41,599 nucleotides of DNA from an uncultured bacterium (lineage in GTDB: Bacteria; CSSED10-310; CAZUFC01): positions 1 to 41,599 of the forward strand of contig CAZUFC010000071.1 in NCBI GenBank assembly GCA_964619725.1. The letters run 5' to 3'. Shown piece after piece: positions 38,380 through 41,599 of the stretch. The notes under the pieces were generated by a model. That model saw only the letters and a program-made list of their open reading frames with translations. It was not told the DNA's origin and did not search any database. Within the stretch, counting starts at the first letter, position 1. The number at the start of each line of letters is the position of its first letter. Position numbers and translations under genes: made by a program.

Positions 38380-40797
38380 TTTAACTTTCATTATCCATAT
38401 GACGTTGTATTGGGAAGGATTATTGCTTAGCCCGTGCCCGTGGTTATAGTTGTTGCCTCCTGCGGCATGGCAGCATAGTCCGGCGCTGGAGACGCCCATG
38501 CTTTGAGTTCCTCCTGAGGTGGAATAACCTCTGAGTATATTTCTGTTTCCGTTGAGGTCGGGTATGGTTTGTCCGTTGTAAGGACTGTCTGTATCGCTGA
38601 TAGTCTGACCGTTGCATTCCACCCATCCGTCAGGCAGAGCGGGTGTATTGGCGAAGGATTTCAGCCAGGCGAAGACGCTGCCGACGGGGGCATCGTAACC
38701 GGCCGATGCAGCAGTTGTTTGTATCGTACCGTCGGGAAATTTGATTCCGTCAGCGAGACTTTCGATCATTCCGTCAACGGTCAGTCGGCTTGACGGATAA
38801 GAAGTTCCTACGCCGAGATTTCCATCGCTGGTTATCCGCAATTTTTCGCCCAGATGCGTGCCGGAATTTGTCCAGAAGGCCAGATCGGTATCCTGGCCGG
38901 GACCTTTCTGCGAGGCTATGGCGGCATTGATGGATGTCCCGTGAATGAAGGAAATGCTTGAAAAAGTATTTTCCAGGGCGCTGGTATTGGTGATCCTGAA
39001 TTGTCCGGTATTCCAGGGATATACCGTTTCACCGCTGGACAAGGAGACGTCCAGGAGAGAGCCGGGATTGGTGGTGTTGATGCCGATTTTTCCGTCGGAA
39101 GTGATGGCCAGTCGATTGCCGTTGGAGTTGTTGTCCCTTATGAGGAATCCGTTAGGCGGCGAGCCGCTGGAGGGGAGTGAACGCAGGAGGTATTCCTTGT
39201 TGCCGTCCAGGGCTATGGCCACATCCATGTTGACGCCTGTGCCTACGTGAAGATCGTAGCCGGGGTCTGAATTATTGATTCCGACGTTGCCGTTGTAATA
39301 GATTCCGAATCCCGTTTGACTCCACATCGAATCACCCGATGGTCCTGACGGACCGGACGGACCTGCAGCGCCCGTGGCTCCCTGAGGGCCGACAGGACCC
39401 GCCGGTCCGGTATCCCCTTGAAAACCCCGTGGACCGCTTGGACCGGTATCGCCCTGAGGGCCTTCCGGTCCGGTGGAACCCTGGGGACCGGCCGGACCCT
39501 GAAGTCCCGTATCGCCCTGGGGACCCGGTTGACCTGAGAACAAAGTCTCATTTTTATAAAGATCGCCCGTGAAATTAATATCCCCAGTCACGTCAAGCTT
39601 GTATTCCGGCGTCGTCTTTCCTATACCTACGTTGCCGCTGAAAAAACTGTCTTCGTTGATATTGGCGTTTACCGAACCTATCATTAATCGCGCTTTTCTG
39701 TCGTTGATCCAGAACCGGTAAGAGTTATCGGAAGGACTGGCTTGCATATACGTGTCGTAACTGGTCGTGAAATTGATTTCGCTGTCTACGAGCAGATTAC
39801 CGGTAAAGCGTCCGTATCCGGTAATATCAAGATCGTAGTAGGGGTCGGCATTCCATAATCCAATGTTTCCATTTTTATAATAAACTTCTGAACCGGCTGC
39901 GATGCCTTCGTTATTGTAAATTAGCTGACCGTGATTCCCGGCGACGGGACCTGTGTCGCCTTGAGGCCCCTCGGGTCCCACAGCGCCAGTTTCGCCTTGA
40001 GGCCCCACGGGTCCCATCACGCCAGTTTCGCCTTGAGGCCCCACGGGTCCCATCACGCCTGTGTCGCCTTGAGGCCCCTCGGGTCCTACAGCGCCAGTAT
40101 CGCCTTGAAGTCCACGGAGCCCTGTCGCTCCTTGTGGGCCAGTATCGCCTGCGGGTCCTGCCGGACCGGTTTCACCGCGGGAGCCATCGGGACCAATCGG
40201 ACCTGTGAATCCAACAGGACCAGTCGCTCCGGGAATTCCCGTATCTCCCTGAGGGCCCTGGATACCCTGCGGTCCAGTATCTCCAGAGGGACCTGTTGAA
40301 CCCGTATCGCCCTGCGGACCAGTCGGGCCTGTTAATCCTGTAGGATTGCCGACCCATTCGCCCTCATCGTTTATCACCACCCCGTAACCATGTATGCTGA
40401 TGCTTAACGGATGAATATCCGCACCATACACGTCTTCGGCATTCAGCGCTTGTCCGATTGCCGTCAGCGCCTGCCTTGGCTGAAGTACTTCTCCCTCCGC
40501 CTCAACCTGCAGCCAGTACGGTGCGTCAAACGCCAGATCGAGAGGCGCCTGCGTACCAAGAATTACATTGAACAATCCCTCTTCAACCGCTATCTCTTCA
40601 TGGCTTTCACTCCACAGCAGATCACCTTCCTCCGAAGCATTATAAACAGCAAAAACGAAATCAAAAAAACCGTTAAGCCACTCTCCCGTTTCATCGCTCA
40701 AATGCCCCTGATAGTTTATCTGATGCGGTATCTCAGCAGACGCAAAATTCGTCCCCCACAATATCGCCAGAATCAGCAGAATACCCGCTTTGTTCAT
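38377..40797 (-). CDS. Trimeric fibre-like adhesin: signal peptide, INYQG N-domain, two collagen-like segments, GN(V/I)GI tail-fibre repeats, phage tail-collar domain with an HxH tip
   Basis: G-X-Y runs; repeats GNIGL, GNVGIG, GKIGIN and GNLGVG; tail-collar pattern PVGSVFAW...P.GWVECNGQ...IPDL.G...RG; NHGH motif. RBS GGAGG present. Confidence 0.88.
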   Translation of the reverse strand: MNKAGILLILAILWGTNFASAEIPHQINYQGHLSDETGEWLNGFFDFVFAVYNASEEGDLLWSESHEEIAVEEGLFNVILGTQAPLDLAFDAPYWLQVEAEGEVLQPRQALTAIGQALNAEDVYGADIHPLSISIHGYGVVINDEGEWVGNPTGLTGPTGPQGDTGSTGPSGDTGPQGIQGPQGDTGIPGATGPVGFTGPIGPDGSRGETGPAGPAGDTGPQGATGLRGLQGDTGAVGPEGPQGDTGVMGPVGPQGETGVMGPVGPQGETGAVGPEGPQGDTGPVAGNHGQLIYNNEGIAAGSEVYYKNGNIGLWNADPYYDLDITGYGRFTGNLLVDSEINFTTSYDTYMQASPSDNSYRFWINDRKARLMIGSVNANINEDSFFSGNVGIGKTTPEYKLDVTGDINFTGDLYKNETLFSGQPGPQGDTGLQGPAGPQGSTGPEGPQGDTGPSGPRGFQGDTGPAGPVGPQGATGAAGPSGPSGPSGDSMWSQTGFGIYYNGNVGINNSDPGYDLHVGTGVNMDVAIALDGNKEYLLRSLPSSGSPPNGFLIRDNNSNGNRLAITSDGKIGINTTNPGSLLDVSLSSGETVYPWNTGQFRITNTSALENTFSSISFIHGTSINAAIASQKGPGQDTDLAFWTNSGTHLGEKLRITSDGNLGVGTSYPSSRLTVDGMIESLADGIKFPDGTIQTTAASAGYDAPVGSVFAWLKSFANTPALPDGWVECNGQTISDTDSPYNGQTIPDLNGNRNILRGYSTSGGTQSMGVSSAGLCCHAAGGNNYNHGHGLSNNPSQYNVIWIMKVK
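39961..40104. repeat. Four tandem 36-bp repeats inside the collagen stalk
   Basis: Unit TTGAGGCCCC(T/A)CGGGTCC...TCGCC, encoding G(D/E)TG(AV/VM)GP(E/V)GPQ. Confidence 0.85.
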
Positions 40798-40983
40798 TGC
40801 TTAACCTCCTGTAAAAGTATCCCTGTTTTGCCGGCGCTGAAATAACTCGATTGTCGCTTAATCGAAAATTCAGCGCTGCCGTTTACCTCTTGAATATTTA
40901 TTACCGAGTTTTCTTACAAAAGCAAATAAAGGATGTAATATTGAGTCTAATAATGATTCGGAACGGCGAACGAAATAATTTTT

Positions 40984-41255
40984 TGGGTATTGATCAAGAA
41001 TACGTCTTTTGAGGTTATAATTCGACAGAATATTTCATGATTTTATTTCGATTGCGATTGCGATACCGACGCCGATACCGACGCCGATACCGTCCCCGAT
41101 ACCGACCCCGATTCCTACGCCGATACCGATCCCGATACCGATCCCGATACCGACCCCGATGCCGACGCCGATGCCTACGCCGATACCGACCCCTATTAAT
41201 GAAACAAACCGTAAAAAGTTTTGAAAGAAGTGTAACCCCGGTCTGATCAGTCCCA
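40984..41255 (-). mobile_element. 272-bp family C MITE-like element, copy 2, with an expanded hexamer tract
   Basis: Ends are TGGGTATTGATCAA and CTGATCAGTCCCA. About 24 CGA(T/C)NN-type hexamers at about 41049-41192. Confidence 0.8.
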
Positions 41256-41545
41256 TTTTTCGAGACTGATCAAATGGGGGCAACAATTCGTGCCGGCATT
41301 AAAAATGACCGTGTAAATTCCCCAGTCCTGAAAGGTGGAAGATACGCTTATGTCGATGCGAGCAGCTTGCGGCGAAGCATGGACATTAGCGTATCGGGTT
41401 TTTTTTTTCTTGCCTGTCGCCCAATACGTTTTGGCTCTGTCAGATTTTTAACGGTCCTTAAATAATCAAGACTGCACGTGAGTTGTTACTGTTAAACCTG
41501 AATTTTTTATCATTGCCGATCTTTCCTGCTGCAGTTAAGTTATGC

Positions 41546-41599
41546 TAGTTTTTGTCCATAAACGGCGAATTTTTCCCAATACTGCGTCAGTCTTCGGAT
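41546..41599 (-). mobile_element. Family B element, copy 3, inverted and cut by the window end
   Basis: TAGTTTTTGTCCATAAACGGCGAATTTTTCCCAATACTGCGTCAG is the reverse complement of the right part of 34013-34155. Confidence 0.8.

Noticed and set aside
31161-40797. Prophage or tailocin, suggested by the tail-fibre and collar domains
   Set aside because: No capsid, terminase, sheath, baseplate or integrase genes are present, and the fibres carry signal peptides.
31161-40797. Diversity-generating retroelement or shufflon acting on fibre tips
   Set aside because: No reverse transcriptase, invertase, template/variable repeat pair or inverted tip cassettes were seen.
41049-41192. Possible CRISPR array
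   Set aside because: It has a 6-bp period with no unique spacers, and there are no cas genes in the window.
41035-41286. ORFs encoding GVGIGVGI or RYRRRY repeats
   Set aside because: They are translations of the hexamer tract inside the family C element, with no RBS or domain support.

Overview
A 41.6 kb bacterial region dominated by secreted and cell-surface proteins. It contains: (i) a >5000-aa beta-helix adhesin-like ORF whose 5' part is cut off by foreign, IS-end-like sequence at the window start; (ii) a signal-peptide-bearing selenocysteine peroxiredoxin (PrxU-type), split by the ORF track at an in-frame UGA that is followed by a SECIS-like hairpin; (iii) an S8 subtilase followed by an anchored FN3 protein built from three 631-aa repeats. 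One Ig-like domain appears split between these two genes: the N-half ends the protease and three C-halves sit on the FN3 protein, which suggests a protease-display scaffold; (iv) four paralogues of a conserved 'I(N/S)Y(Q/N)G' fibre N-terminal domain, joined to collagen-like stalks, phage tail-fibre or tail-collar tips, or (across a frameshift) a clan-CD protease, plus a small anchored partner gene; (v) a GT-C/TPR membrane glycosyltransferase-like gene; (vi) an AT-richer cassette with an NDT-like effector; (vii) three families of short inverted-repeat elements (MITE-like) in the intergenic spaces. Three proteins end in Pro/Thr-rich linkers and/or IPTL-CTERM-like anchors. No rRNA, tRNA or CRISPR array was seen. 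All family assignments come from motif recognition by eye, with no database search.
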